Counted from the first letter of the stretch, positions 1 to 10,475 are shown. The stretch is DNA of 64,000 bases from Gemmatimonadota bacterium (GCA_963666735.1 OY762926.1:2592001-2656000); one strand, 5' to 3'. The notes: generated by a model from the letters alone, not told the origin. A program made the numbers and translations.

Positions 1-66
1 GGGGGGCTCAATTGGGCCGGCGTCACGAGCGTCAGGATTCTCGGAGTCGAGGACACCCATGCGTGA
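1..66 (+). CDS. higB: 3' end of HigB/RelE-like toxin (killer-protein type), truncated by window edge
   Basis: Frame 1 reads GGLNWAGVTSVRILGVEDTHA-stop (TGA 64-66). This resembles the GGLDW..V..I.I..IEDYH C-terminus of HigB-type toxins. It overlaps the start of the downstream HigA gene. Not in the ORF track. Confidence 0.7.
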   Translation, partial: GGLNWAGVTSVRILGVEDTHA

Positions 67-1174
67 GTCCGTAAAGAACAAGTATTCGCCCGATGAGGTG
101 TCGCCTCCCGGTGAGACCCTGAGGGACATCCTGCGAGAGCGAGGTGTGACGCAGGCGGAGTTGGCGACCCGTACGGGGCGGCCGAAGAAGACGATCAGCG
201 AGATCGTGAACGGAAAGGCCGCGATCACGGTGGACACGGCGCTGCAGTTCGAACTGGCGCTGGGCGTGCCGGCCGCGTTCTGGAATGCTCGCGAACAACA
301 ATATCGGGAGCATCTTGCACGCCGGGCGCAGGAAGAGGAGCTGGCTCGGCGTGTGTCCTGGCTCTCGAAGTTCCCCGTCGCGGAGATGGTGAAGCGCGGC
401 CTGCTCCGGCGAGAGGCGACCAAGCCGGAGCGTGTACGGGAGTTGCTGGCGTTTCTGGGCGTCTCCAGCCCGGAGCAGTGGTCGGAACTCTTCGCTCGCC
501 AGAATGTGGCGTTTCGAAAATCGACCGCCTTTGATGTCGACGAAGGCTCGCTGGCCGTTTGGCTACGGCAAGGCTTGATCGAGGCCAAACGAGTACCCAG
601 TCAGCCATATGACCGGGGGGCTTTCAGGGCGGCGCTTCGCGAGGCGCGATCTCTGAGTCGTGAAGAACCGGAGTCCTTCCAGGAAAAGCTCGTGGCCACC
701 TGTGCGGAAGCCGGCGTCATCGTGCGGTTCGTTCCCGAGTTCAAGGGTTGTCGCGCGAGCGGCGCCACGCGCTGGATTGCGCCGGACAGGGCGCTGGTCC
801 AGCTGAGCCTTCGGTATCGCACGGATGACCACTTGTGGTTCACGTTCTTCCATGAGGCCGCCCATATCCTGCTCCATGGAAAGAAGCTGATCTTCATCGA
901 GGGACAACGGCACGAGGGCGGACGGGAAGCGGAGGCCAACCGCTGGGCGGCCAATGCGCTGATTCCGAGATCGGAGTTCAAACGACTCCGCAAGATGCGG
1001 CCCTACAGCAAGGCCGGGATTCAGGCGTTTGCCCGCGAATGCGACGTATCTCCCGGCATTGTAGTGGGGCGGTTGCAGCACGAGGGTTTGTTGCCCTACT
1101 CGCATTGCAACGATCTGAAGCATCGCTTCAAGTGGGCCCACGAACCTAACACCGGGAGCAGTCGCCAGCGATGA
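59..1174 (+). CDS. higA: HigA-family XRE-HTH antitoxin fused to ImmA/IrrE-type metallopeptidase domain
   Basis: N-terminal PPGETL...TQAELA...ISEIVNGKAAIT...FW HTH motif; C-terminal WFTFFHEAAH (HEXXH) and EAEANRWA. Confidence 0.9.
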   Translation: MRESVKNKYSPDEVSPPGETLRDILRERGVTQAELATRTGRPKKTISEIVNGKAAITVDTALQFELALGVPAAFWNAREQQYREHLARRAQEEELARRVSWLSKFPVAEMVKRGLLRREATKPERVRELLAFLGVSSPEQWSELFARQNVAFRKSTAFDVDEGSLAVWLRQGLIEAKRVPSQPYDRGAFRAALREARSLSREEPESFQEKLVATCAEAGVIVRFVPEFKGCRASGATRWIAPDRALVQLSLRYRTDDHLWFTFFHEAAHILLHGKKLIFIEGQRHEGGREAEANRWAANALIPRSEFKRLRKMRPYSKAGIQAFARECDVSPGIVVGRLQHEGLLPYSHCNDLKHRFKWAHEPNTGSSRQR

Positions 1175-2604
1175 TTGCGAGACGACAGTGGCGGCGTTCG
1201 ATTTTCTGCCTCTTCGGGATGGTGATAGCAGGGGGGTGCGGGGACAGCCGGGATCTCGTCGAAGGCGAAGCAACCTACGTCATCACGGGCGGACGCTGGC
1301 TGGACGTGCACACCGGGACCCTCGTGGAGAACGAGGGCATCACCATCCACGACGGGCGGATCATCTCCATCGGCCCGCCCGCGGACAGCGCCGACTTCAC
1401 GGTGACGATCGACCTCGACCGGGACTGGACGGTCCTTCCGGGGTTCTTCGACCTCCACGCTCACTATGCCGTCGACCTGTTCGGCGAGGGCCGCGTGGAT
1501 GAGACGGCCGCCTATCCCGAACTCTTCCTCGCCAACGGCGTGACGACGACCTTCCCGGCCGGCGAGATGGATCCGGTCCGCATGCGCGAGTTGCGGCTCG
1601 CCATCGAGCGCGGAGAGCGCAGGGGTCCGCGCATCCTCAACTCCGGCCCCTACTTCGGGTCGTGGCGGCGGGGCTGGGACGACGACGCCATGACGCCCGA
1701 CTCGATCCGGCGGGAAGTGGACCACTGGGCGTCGCTCGGCGCGGCCGGCTTCAAGGCCAAGGGGATCCGGCCCGATCACCTCTCCGGGCTCATCGAACAG
1801 GCGCACGAGCACGGACTCACGGTCACCGCCCATCTCGATTCCGGGTTCGGAAATACGGTGAACCCCCGCGACGCGATCCTCATGGGCATCGATCGCGTCG
1901 AGCACTTCCTGGGCGGCGACATGATGCCGGCCGACCGCACGGCGTACGCTTCGCTGCAGGAGTTCGACGACTTCGAGGGAGACGCGCTCCGCGACATCAT
2001 CGATCTCTACGTGAGCCGCGGAGTCAACTTCGACGCCACGCTTTCCATCTACGGATACTGGGGTCCGCACGACCCGGAGATGACCGAGTACTGGACGGAC
2101 GAACTCCGTTTCCTGACGCCGTACATGCGGGAGATCGTCAAAGCCCGTCCGCCCCGCCCCGTCAACGAGTCGTTCGCGAAGATGTCGCCGATCAAACGGA
2201 AGACGCTGAAGGCGTTCCACGACGGCGGCGGACGCGACCTGATCACGCTCGGCACGGATCACCCGAGCTGGGGGCAGTACTGGTCTCCGTTCGCCGTGCA
2301 CCGGGAATTGCTCGCGCTCGCGCGGGCCGGGGTCCCGCCCGCGGACGTGTTCCGCATCGCGACCCTCAATTCGGCGCGCGCGATGGGTCTGGACGACGAA
2401 CTCGGCAGCATCGAGGAGGGCAAGATCGCCGATCTCGCGATCGTGCGGGGGAACCCGCTGGAGGATGTCCGGGCCGCCCGCGATGTCCGGTTCGTCTTCG
2501 CGCGAGGACGCCTTCATTCGCCGGACGAGTTGCTCGCGATGGCGGAGGGAAGGATCGGACCGGCGGATGCTGCGGAGGAATCCGCGTGGAGACCCGGCCG
2601 TTGA
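1171..2604 (+). CDS. Amidohydrolase superfamily protein, probably exported lipoprotein
   Basis: VLPGFFDLHAH metal motif, NGVTT, GTDH, GSIEEGKIADL; hydrophobic N-terminus ending in GGC. Confidence 0.85.
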   Translation: MIARRQWRRSIFCLFGMVIAGGCGDSRDLVEGEATYVITGGRWLDVHTGTLVENEGITIHDGRIISIGPPADSADFTVTIDLDRDWTVLPGFFDLHAHYAVDLFGEGRVDETAAYPELFLANGVTTTFPAGEMDPVRMRELRLAIERGERRGPRILNSGPYFGSWRRGWDDDAMTPDSIRREVDHWASLGAAGFKAKGIRPDHLSGLIEQAHEHGLTVTAHLDSGFGNTVNPRDAILMGIDRVEHFLGGDMMPADRTAYASLQEFDDFEGDALRDIIDLYVSRGVNFDATLSIYGYWGPHDPEMTEYWTDELRFLTPYMREIVKARPPRPVNESFAKMSPIKRKTLKAFHDGGGRDLITLGTDHPSWGQYWSPFAVHRELLALARAGVPPADVFRIATLNSARAMGLDDELGSIEEGKIADLAIVRGNPLEDVRAARDVRFVFARGRLHSPDELLAMAEGRIGPADAAEESAWRPGR

Positions 2605-2727
2605 GCGACGCCGTTAGGGCGGATGTCTTGCTCCGACGCCTAACCGAACCCGAGCTTGCATGTGGACGGGAAGGAAGACGGGAACGAAGATGACGAGGCA
2701 CGCGGTCAACTCGAGGCGAGGTCCGAC

Positions 2728-3888
2728 ATGATGAGCCAGCGAAACCCGATTCCACGACGACAGGTGCTGATCCAAGGCGGAGCCGCGGCCGCCGGCCTTG
2801 CGGTCCTGCCGACGGACATCTTCCGCGGCTGGCTCGCGGGATTCGATCAGGAAGCCGTGATCCCGTGGGTCCAGCGTCCGCACCCGGGGTTGACCGAGCG
2901 GATGAACATCCTGAACTGGGAGGAATTGGATTCCTGGATCACGCCGGTCAGTCAGATGTTCCACGTGGGGCACTACGGGTCGCCGGTCCTCGCGGAGAGC
3001 GACTGGCATCTCGACATCGGTGGACTCGTCGATAGGCCTCGGACGTTCAGCCTCGCCGAACTGAGAGCGCGGCCCCGCCAGGAGGTCGTGTTCACGCTGG
3101 AGTGCTCCGGGAACCGCGGCCGTCCCTCGTTCATCGGCGGCGTCCACAACGCGCGCTGGGCAGGGACCCGGCTCGCCGATGTCCTTACCGAGGCCGGCGT
3201 TCAGGAGGACGGGATCGAGGTTGTCTTTTTCGGCGCCGACGAGGGCGAGGAGGAGATCCGGGGCAACACGGTGACGCAGAACTTCGCCCGCAGCCTTTCG
3301 CTCGAGGACGCGATGGACCCGGGCATCATCCTCGCGTACGAGGTGAACGACGAGCCGTTGCCGAACGCACACGGCTTTCCGCTGCGGGTCATCGCCCCCG
3401 GCTGGTACGGCATCGCGAACGTGAAGTGGCTGACGCGGATCGAACTCCGCGACCGGCGCTTCATGGGCAAGTTCATGGCCCGGGACTACGTGACGCTGCG
3501 GGCGGAGGAACGCGACGGCGCGACCGTGTGGACGGAGACCTCGGTGGGGCGCGTAAACATCAATTCCGTCCCCGCGAAGGTCACGCGCAACGGCGCCGAC
3601 TACGCGATCCACGGGGCGGCCTGGGGCGCGGACATCGCCGGCGTCGAGGTCCGCGTGGACGAGGGGCCGTGGCGGGCGGCGACGCTCGGCGAAGGCCAGG
3701 GGGATCCCCACACGTGGACGTTCTGGCGCATCGACTGGGACGCCACGCCGGGTCGGCACGCGATCGTCTCGAGGGCGATCGACGCGGACGGCAACGTCCA
3801 GCCGGCGGCAGACGACCCGCTGCTCGTGAACAAGCGGACGTACTGGGAGAGCAACGGGCAGCTCACCCGGAACGTCGTGATCGACTGA
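2728..3888 (+). CDS. Sulfite oxidase family molybdopterin enzyme (SorA/SoxC-like), Tat-exported
   Basis: PRRQVL twin-arginine-like signal, LECSGN Mo-ligand Cys, HGFPLRVIAPGWYG, VKWL, C-terminal dimerisation domain. Start moved to ATG 2728 after a GAGGT SD. Confidence 0.85.
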   Translation: MMSQRNPIPRRQVLIQGGAAAAGLAVLPTDIFRGWLAGFDQEAVIPWVQRPHPGLTERMNILNWEELDSWITPVSQMFHVGHYGSPVLAESDWHLDIGGLVDRPRTFSLAELRARPRQEVVFTLECSGNRGRPSFIGGVHNARWAGTRLADVLTEAGVQEDGIEVVFFGADEGEEEIRGNTVTQNFARSLSLEDAMDPGIILAYEVNDEPLPNAHGFPLRVIAPGWYGIANVKWLTRIELRDRRFMGKFMARDYVTLRAEERDGATVWTETSVGRVNINSVPAKVTRNGADYAIHGAAWGADIAGVEVRVDEGPWRAATLGEGQGDPHTWTFWRIDWDATPGRHAIVSRAIDADGNVQPAADDPLLVNKRTYWESNGQLTRNVVID

Positions 3889-3924
3889 CCGTCCCCCTCC
3901 CCGCGGCTCGCGAGCGGGGGCGGC

Positions 3925-4305
3925 TCAGCGACCGGGTCGGGTGCCCCGGCGCAGTCGGCGCAGGAGCCACGCGTACGCCACCGCGTTCAGCGCCAGCACG
4001 GCAAGTCCGAGCCAGATCTGGATTTCCCGGTTCAGCGCGCCGGGATAGATGATGGGCAGCAGGTAGCGCTCGATGAAGCCGCCGGAGTAACCGGCCTGCC
4101 CGCTCGCGATCCGGAGCCTGACCTCCAGCGGCGTGAGGGGACAGATCCAGCCGGCAAACTCGATCAACGCCCCCCACGCGAGACAGGGGACGTGCGCCCA
4201 CGCGAGCCTCGGCCAGCGGACCGCCGCGAACCCGCCGGCCACGACGAAGGCGATGAAGACGAAGTGGATGACGAGGACGAGGTCGGCGAGCAACCGGTAC
4301 GGCAA
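3925..4305 (-). CDS. DUF2784 family small membrane protein
   Basis: LADLVLVIHFVFIAFVV...WICPLTPLE..LR...G...Y.GGFIE.YL..IIYP pattern. Confidence 0.8.
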   Translation of the reverse strand: MPYRLLADLVLVIHFVFIAFVVAGGFAAVRWPRLAWAHVPCLAWGALIEFAGWICPLTPLEVRLRIASGQAGYSGGFIERYLLPIIYPGALNREIQIWLGLAVLALNAVAYAWLLRRLRRGTRPGR

Positions 4306-4344
4306 GGCGACCTGCTCCGCGTCAGGGACGCGCGCCGTCCCGGT

Positions 4345-5559
4345 TCACCCCACCTGCACGGGGTGCGGGAGCGGGATGTTGAGCAGGTAGCCCTTCTCGT
4401 TCATCAGAGGCTCATCCGGCTGCGTGTGCCCCGCCGCATCCGTCGCGCGCGTGACGAGCGTGTGCGCTCCCGGCGTCGCATCCCACTCGAACTCGAAGCG
4501 CTGCCAGGCCAGCGGCAGAATCGGGTCCACGATCGCGGCCTCGAGCCAGGTCGCTCCGCCGTCCGGACTCCATTCGACCGCGGACACGGGTCCGGCGGGC
4601 GCGTGCGCGAACCCGTGAAGGACGTGGGATCCCGGCGCCAACTCCGCGGGCCGCGGCAGGGCGAGCGCGCTCTTGACCACGAGTTCCGTGATCACCCTGC
4701 CCTGGGCGGGCGCGTGGTCGGCCTCCGGCCACTCGTCGCCGATGAGGACGTAGGACGACGTGTTGTTCCGGTTCCACACCCGCTCGGTGGAGATCTGTAT
4801 GGACCCCAGCCACTTGATGCTGTTCGACCCCGACCACCCCGGAACGACGGAGCGCGCCGGGAATCCGTGATCGGCCGGTAGCGGTTCGCCGTTCATGCGC
4901 AGCGCGATGATGGTGTCGGGATCCCGCGCCTTGGCGAGCGGCATGGCGCGCTCGAATCCCGAGCCATCCAGCCCGACGAGGTTCACGTCGACCGTTTCCG
5001 GCCGCACGCCGGCCAGATCGAGGATCGTCCCCAGCGACGGGCCCGACCACTCCGCACAACCGACCGCCCCGGTGGTCCACTGCCCGCCGCTCGCACGCGT
5101 GCCCGTGAGTTCCGGATACAGACCCCGCCAGTTGCCGGCGCATTCCAGGTAGGCGGTGATCGTACGCTGCGGCAGCGACTCCAGGGTGGACAGGTCGAGC
5201 CGCAGCTCGGTCTCGGCGCCATCCCCCTCCACTCGAAGGGCGTAGCCCTCAGGGTCGATGGTCGGCGTGGGCGAGTGGTTCCGGACGAAGAAGAGTTCGT
5301 TCGGCGTGACGAATCCGTCGATGAGTTCGAGGCGCGTCTCCAGGTTCGTGACGCGCTGGATGAAGGGAGACGGATCCTTCGCCCACCGTGGCGCCGGCTC
5401 CGCTTCCGCCGCAGGGGCGATGGCCGCCTCCGCGTCCGTCGATGACCCGGCGTCTCCCGCGCGGTCGCAGGCGGCGAGCCAGGCTGCGGCGGGTCCCGCG
5501 CTCGCGGTGCGAACAAAATCTCGACGGGTGAAGAGGCCGGTCTCGGTTCTCCGCTTCAT
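4345..5559 (-). CDS. Second sulfite oxidase family molybdopterin enzyme, Tat-exported lipoprotein
   Basis: TRRDFV Tat motif, LAAC lipobox, FFVRNH, LECAGN, HGFPARSVVPGWSG, IKWL. ATG at 5559 is preceded by GAGGTG. Confidence 0.85.
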   Translation of the reverse strand: MKRRTETGLFTRRDFVRTASAGPAAAWLAACDRAGDAGSSTDAEAAIAPAAEAEPAPRWAKDPSPFIQRVTNLETRLELIDGFVTPNELFFVRNHSPTPTIDPEGYALRVEGDGAETELRLDLSTLESLPQRTITAYLECAGNWRGLYPELTGTRASGGQWTTGAVGCAEWSGPSLGTILDLAGVRPETVDVNLVGLDGSGFERAMPLAKARDPDTIIALRMNGEPLPADHGFPARSVVPGWSGSNSIKWLGSIQISTERVWNRNNTSSYVLIGDEWPEADHAPAQGRVITELVVKSALALPRPAELAPGSHVLHGFAHAPAGPVSAVEWSPDGGATWLEAAIVDPILPLAWQRFEFEWDATPGAHTLVTRATDAAGHTQPDEPLMNEKGYLLNIPLPHPVQVG

Positions 5560-5619
5560 CGACGACACCTCGCAGTCGTGACGCTTGGCATATGGGCCCG
5601 AGTTCGCAAGTTTAGGTGT

Positions 5620-7257
5620 ATGCGACCGAGGAGCAACGCACGCGGGACGCCCAGGTGTCCGCGGCTCGCCGGCGGCGCCCGCCGGAGGTGCCGCTCGATC
5701 CGGGCGTTACTGTCCGTTACGCTTGCGATGGCGTGCGTCGCGTGCAATCCCGAACCCGGCGTCGAGGCCGGCACGGCCTTCGAGGTCGTGGAGGCGACGA
5801 TCGACGATGTGCAGGCGGCGATCCGCGATGGAACCACGACCTGCCGCGAGGTCGTGGAGGGGCATCTCGCCCGGATCGCGGCCTACGAAGACGCGATCAA
5901 CGCGATCACGGTGCTCAATCCCCGGGCCCCGGAGCGGGCGGATGAGCTCGACGCGGCGCTGGCCGGCGGCGAGACGACGGGCCCGCTCTTCTGCGTTCCG
6001 ATGCTGGTCAAGGACAACTTCGACACGCACGACATGGTCACGACGGGGGGGTCCATCGCGCTCGCGGACAACCTCCCGCCCGACGACGCCTTCATGGTGC
6101 GGAAGCTCCGCGAGGCGGGCGCGATCGTGATCGCCAAGACCAACATGGCGGAATGGGCCTTCAGTCCGCGCCAGTCCGTCAGTTCCTCCTTCGACACGAC
6201 GCGCAACGCCTACGCGCTCGACCGCGTGCCGGCCGGATCCAGCGGCGGCACGGCCTCGGGGGTCGCCGCCTCGTTCGGCGTCATCGGGCTGGGCAGCGAC
6301 ACCGGCAACTCGATCCGCGGACCCAGTTCCCACCTCGCCCTCGTCGGGATCCGTTCGACCATGGGTCTCACGAGCCGCGATGGAGTCATCCCCCTCTCCT
6401 TCGACCGCGACATCGCGGGTCCGATGGGCCGGACCGTGGAGGATGTCGCGCGCGTGTTCAATGTCGTGGCCGGCTACGATCCCGCGGATCCGTACACGGA
6501 GGCGGGGCGTGGCCGCGTGGAAGAGGACTATACGGCCTTCCTGGACGCCGACGGGGCGCGGGGCGCGAGGATCGGCGTCCTGCGCGCGCTGGCGAATCCG
6601 GAGGAGACCGATGGGGAGATTCTCGCGCTCTTCGAAGCGGCCATCGACGATCTGGACGCGCTCGGAGCGGAGATCGTGGATCCCTTCGATTTCGACGTCG
6701 ACGCGGAGCTGGGCCGGGAGGGGATGTTCTGCCGCCGGTTCCGTTACGACATGTGGACCTACCTGCAGTCGCTGGGCCCCGCGGCGCCGATGACCGACGT
6801 CCTGGAGGTGCTCGAGGACGGACGGTATTCGGACTACGCCCAGAGATCGTTGCGCCGCAACGAGGGGGCTCCGCTCAACGTACACCCCTCCGACTGGGAG
6901 AAGCCCTGCCCGGATTACGCGGAGAACGAGGGCCGGCAGGCCTACCTGGCGAGCCTCGTGGACGCGATGGATGCCGCACGCGTGGAGGCGATTCTCTATC
7001 CGTCGTGGCTCTGCGTGCCCGCCCATATCAACAGGGGAGACGAGGAATACTGCGGCGACAACAGCCAGCGCGTGGCTCCCGCCACCGGCATGCCCGCGAT
7101 CACGGTCCCGATGGGCTACACTTACGGTAAGCTCCCGGCGGGATTACAGATTCTAGCGCGTCCGTACGACGAGGGGGTTCTCTTCCGGCTCGCGTATGGA
7201 TACGAACAGGCGTCGCAACACCGCCGTCCCCCGGACGGTTTTCCGGAGGTTCGATGA
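5620..7257 (+). CDS. Amidase signature family enzyme (start uncertain)
   Basis: VKDNFDT, AKTNMAEW, AGSSGGTA and GSDTGNSIRGP (Ser-cisSer-Lys triad motifs); possible lipobox VAC. Confidence 0.9.
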   Translation: MRPRSNARGTPRCPRLAGGARRRCRSIRALLSVTLAMACVACNPEPGVEAGTAFEVVEATIDDVQAAIRDGTTTCREVVEGHLARIAAYEDAINAITVLNPRAPERADELDAALAGGETTGPLFCVPMLVKDNFDTHDMVTTGGSIALADNLPPDDAFMVRKLREAGAIVIAKTNMAEWAFSPRQSVSSSFDTTRNAYALDRVPAGSSGGTASGVAASFGVIGLGSDTGNSIRGPSSHLALVGIRSTMGLTSRDGVIPLSFDRDIAGPMGRTVEDVARVFNVVAGYDPADPYTEAGRGRVEEDYTAFLDADGARGARIGVLRALANPEETDGEILALFEAAIDDLDALGAEIVDPFDFDVDAELGREGMFCRRFRYDMWTYLQSLGPAAPMTDVLEVLEDGRYSDYAQRSLRRNEGAPLNVHPSDWEKPCPDYAENEGRQAYLASLVDAMDAARVEAILYPSWLCVPAHINRGDEEYCGDNSQRVAPATGMPAITVPMGYTYGKLPAGLQILARPYDEGVLFRLAYGYEQASQHRRPPDGFPEVR

Positions 7258-10200
7258 CCATGAAGATGGAGAGAAAGAGCATGCTCAGAGCCAGCTTGGC
7301 CGCTCTTGCACTCATGTGGCCCGCGGCCGCCCTCGCGCAGGAAGGAGCCGTCACCGGAACCGTGACCAACGAGGAGGGCCTCGCGATGTCCACCGTGACG
7401 GTCGCGGCGACGGGGGCGCCTCTCGGCGACGAATCGCGCACGGCGATGACGTCCGCGCAGGGAGTGTACACGCTTACCGGCCTCCCTCCGGGTACGTATT
7501 CGCTGCGCTTCTCCTTTCCCGGCTTCGTCGACGCAGTGAGTTCGGGCGTGGTCGTGCGGGCCGGGGAGCGCACGAGCGTCGACATGCAGCTGGCCTCCCA
7601 GCGAACCATCGCGCTGCGGGAGCTGACGGCCGTGGTGACCGGCACGCACTTTTCGGCCCCGCCGGAGAATCTGCCGTTCGCGGTCGACGTGACCGACCGC
7701 GAATCGCTGCAGGAGCAGGGCTCGCCGCAGGCAGTGGACTTCTTCAAGAAACTGGGCGCGGCCCACGGCACGATCGGCGAGCGCAACGGCTGGTACAATC
7801 AAACCGGGACGCTCGTTCCGGAGACCGCGACCAACGTCAATCTGCGAGGCCTGGGCGCCTCGCGAACACTGACGCTGTTGAACGGCCGCCGCCAGGTATA
7901 CACCCCGGCCAGACTTACCGGCGGCCGGTTCGTGGACATCAACGCCTTCCCCTCCATCGCGCTCGACCGCATCGAAGTCCTGAAGGAGGGCGCCTCGGCC
8001 ATTTACGGCTCCGACGCCGTGGCCGGCGTGGCCAACTTCGTGACCCGAAGAGATTTCCAGGGATTCGAGCTGTCGGCTGCGCATGACTACTTCAGCGGCG
8101 CCGGCGACACGAACGTCGGCGCCATCTGGGGCACGAGCCTGGGCGACGGAACAAACGCCGTCCTCTCGGCCGATTGGGCCATGCGCCGGGAGCTGCAGGC
8201 CGACGAGCGCGACTGGGTGCTGCGCCCGTACCCCGGACCGGGCGGCGGCGGCTGGTCCTACTACGGGAACCCCGGGGCCTTCCTGCGGCCGACACTGACC
8301 GGGACCGAGACTCCCGGCGAATTCATCAGCGCGCTGATCCGGTCCCATTACGGGGACGGACAGGGCGACGCCCGTCTGTTCGTGGATCCGGGCTGCGAGG
8401 GCATGGGCGGAGTGGATGCCGGCGTCACCTGCCGGTTCCGGTACGGACCGTGGGACAACCTGATCGAGAACCAGTGGCATGCGCGGGTGTTCGGCGAGCT
8501 GAACAGCGAGTTGAGCGAGAACACCTCCGTCCACGTCGAGGGCCTGTGGTCGGAGGCCGCGATCCCCGATTGGTACACGACTCCCTCCTTCCCGCCCACG
8601 GCGCTATACGACGGCCTCCAGGTCGTCATGCCCGAGAATCCGGGCAGGCAGTCCTTCTGCAGCTCGAGTGCGACGGCGGCCGGTTTTGCCTCGCAGGCGG
8701 CGTGCCTCGAGGACGACTGGTTTTTCTTCGGGCGCCTGGTGGGCAACAGCGGGCCCGAACGAACTCTGAGGCGGTCGTCGCGTACGCAGAGGATCGCGGC
8801 TTCGTTGGACCACCACGTTGGCGCGACGGGCGAGTTGGACGTGGCCCTCGGCTACTCCCGGGCGGCGGGCAACGTGAACCAGCCCGCGGAGTACGCCTAC
8901 CGCAAGTATCTGGCTTTTCGCGGTTTCGGTGGACCGGACTGCGGAGTCGGCGTGGTCGTCGACCCCACGTCGGCAGCCGGGATGAGCCTCGGAGACACGG
9001 GGGGCGCGGTGGCGGGCCAGGGCAACTGCATGTTCTACAACCCGTTCAGCAACGCGATCCTTCGCGCGCAGCAGCCCGGCACGGCGTACACCAACGCGGA
9101 CAATCCCGGCTACGATCCCTCGACCGCGAACTCGCCCGCGCTGATCGACTGGATCAACGAGGAGGTGGACCTCTTCAATACCGCCGAGCTTCTCACGGCC
9201 GAGGCCACGTTCACCAACTCGCTGAACGATGCGATCGGGTACGCGCTCGGATACCAGTTCCGCTGGTTCGATGTGTCCGGCCAACCCAACAACCCGGGGA
9301 ACCAGCGTCTCAACCCCTGCCAGGTGCCGGGCGACCGCAGCTGCCTCGACCAGGCGGGGCCGTTCACGTTCACGACCGGGTACTTCCCCTACGCGAGTTC
9401 GCAGACGGTCCATCGGTTCTACGGCGAGCTGCCGATAAACCTCGGCGGCCGGCTGGATCTCCAGTTCGCCGCCAACTATGAGTTCCACGATGTGGCCAGC
9501 AGCTTCGACCCGAAGGCGGCCTTCGCCCTCCGGTTGCTGGACTCCGACAACTATCAGCTTTCGGCGCGGGCCTCACTGCAATCCACGTTTCGCGTCCCAT
9601 CCGTCGACGACGTCAACACGGACAAGATTACGTCTCTCGAATATGTGTGGGAGACGGATGTCTACAAGGCGGTGGACACGTTCGGGAGCCCGGATCTGGT
9701 GCCGGAACGGGCCACCACGGGCAACGTGGGACTCGTCCTCTTCCATTTCCCGAGTCGTACGCAGGCGACGTTCGACTACTGGACGTATGACTTCAAGGAC
9801 ATCATCAACGTCGTGCCCTACACGGCCGTCACGAGGCTCTACGATGAGGGCGGCGCCAGCCGGGAGGCCGTGCGGGAGTTCATCAAGTGTCCGGACGGAT
9901 GGGGGACGGGAACGTGCGACGCGGCGCTCATCGAACGCATTCGGATCGACCTCGTGAACTGGCCGGGCATGCAGACATCGGGCCTGGACTGGAGCGTGTC
10001 GACGCGGCAGCCGGTGGGGAGCGCCGAGATGTCATTCGGGATCGACGGCACCTACACGCACAAGTACGACATCATGGCGCTAACGCGAGGAGGCGTGGAG
10101 CTGCAGGCGGCGACCAGCGGGGCCGGACTTCTGAATCGCAACAACCCCATCGCGTGGCCTCTTCCGCAGTGGAAGTGGTCGGCTTCCGTCGGATTCCACA

Positions 10201-10475
10201 CGGAGCGTCTCACGGCGATGGGCAACGTCTACTACATCTCCTCCTACGACGATCCCGACTCCGCGGATGAGAACCATCGCGTGATCGGTTCCTTCGCCAC
10301 CGTGGACGCGACCTTGATGATGAAGGTCACCGACCAGATCGATGGTTTCGTCACGGGGTTCAACCTGCTGGGAACGCCTCCGCCCCTCGTCAACTGGGAG
10401 ACTTCGTACGACGGTTTCACGCACGACCCCAAGGGGCGGCGGATCAAGGTCGGGCTTACGTACACGATCCGCTAA
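7254..10475 (+). CDS. TonB-dependent outer membrane receptor with N-terminal carboxypeptidase-like domain
   Basis: Signal peptide; plug motifs VNLRGLGASRTLTLLNGRR and IEVLKEGASAIYGSDAVAGVANF; beta-barrel C-terminus; ATGA overlap with the amidase. Confidence 0.95.
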   Translation: MTMKMERKSMLRASLAALALMWPAAALAQEGAVTGTVTNEEGLAMSTVTVAATGAPLGDESRTAMTSAQGVYTLTGLPPGTYSLRFSFPGFVDAVSSGVVVRAGERTSVDMQLASQRTIALRELTAVVTGTHFSAPPENLPFAVDVTDRESLQEQGSPQAVDFFKKLGAAHGTIGERNGWYNQTGTLVPETATNVNLRGLGASRTLTLLNGRRQVYTPARLTGGRFVDINAFPSIALDRIEVLKEGASAIYGSDAVAGVANFVTRRDFQGFELSAAHDYFSGAGDTNVGAIWGTSLGDGTNAVLSADWAMRRELQADERDWVLRPYPGPGGGGWSYYGNPGAFLRPTLTGTETPGEFISALIRSHYGDGQGDARLFVDPGCEGMGGVDAGVTCRFRYGPWDNLIENQWHARVFGELNSELSENTSVHVEGLWSEAAIPDWYTTPSFPPTALYDGLQVVMPENPGRQSFCSSSATAAGFASQAACLEDDWFFFGRLVGNSGPERTLRRSSRTQRIAASLDHHVGATGELDVALGYSRAAGNVNQPAEYAYRKYLAFRGFGGPDCGVGVVVDPTSAAGMSLGDTGGAVAGQGNCMFYNPFSNAILRAQQPGTAYTNADNPGYDPSTANSPALIDWINEEVDLFNTAELLTAEATFTNSLNDAIGYALGYQFRWFDVSGQPNNPGNQRLNPCQVPGDRSCLDQAGPFTFTTGYFPYASSQTVHRFYGELPINLGGRLDLQFAANYEFHDVASSFDPKAAFALRLLDSDNYQLSARASLQSTFRVPSVDDVNTDKITSLEYVWETDVYKAVDTFGSPDLVPERATTGNVGLVLFHFPSRTQATFDYWTYDFKDIINVVPYTAVTRLYDEGGASREAVREFIKCPDGWGTGTCDAALIERIRIDLVNWPGMQTSGLDWSVSTRQPVGSAEMSFGIDGTYTHKYDIMALTRGGVELQAATSGAGLLNRNNPIAWPLPQWKWSASVGFHTERLTAMGNVYYISSYDDPDSADENHRVIGSFATVDATLMMKVTDQIDGFVTGFNLLGTPPPLVNWETSYDGFTHDPKGRRIKVGLTYTIR

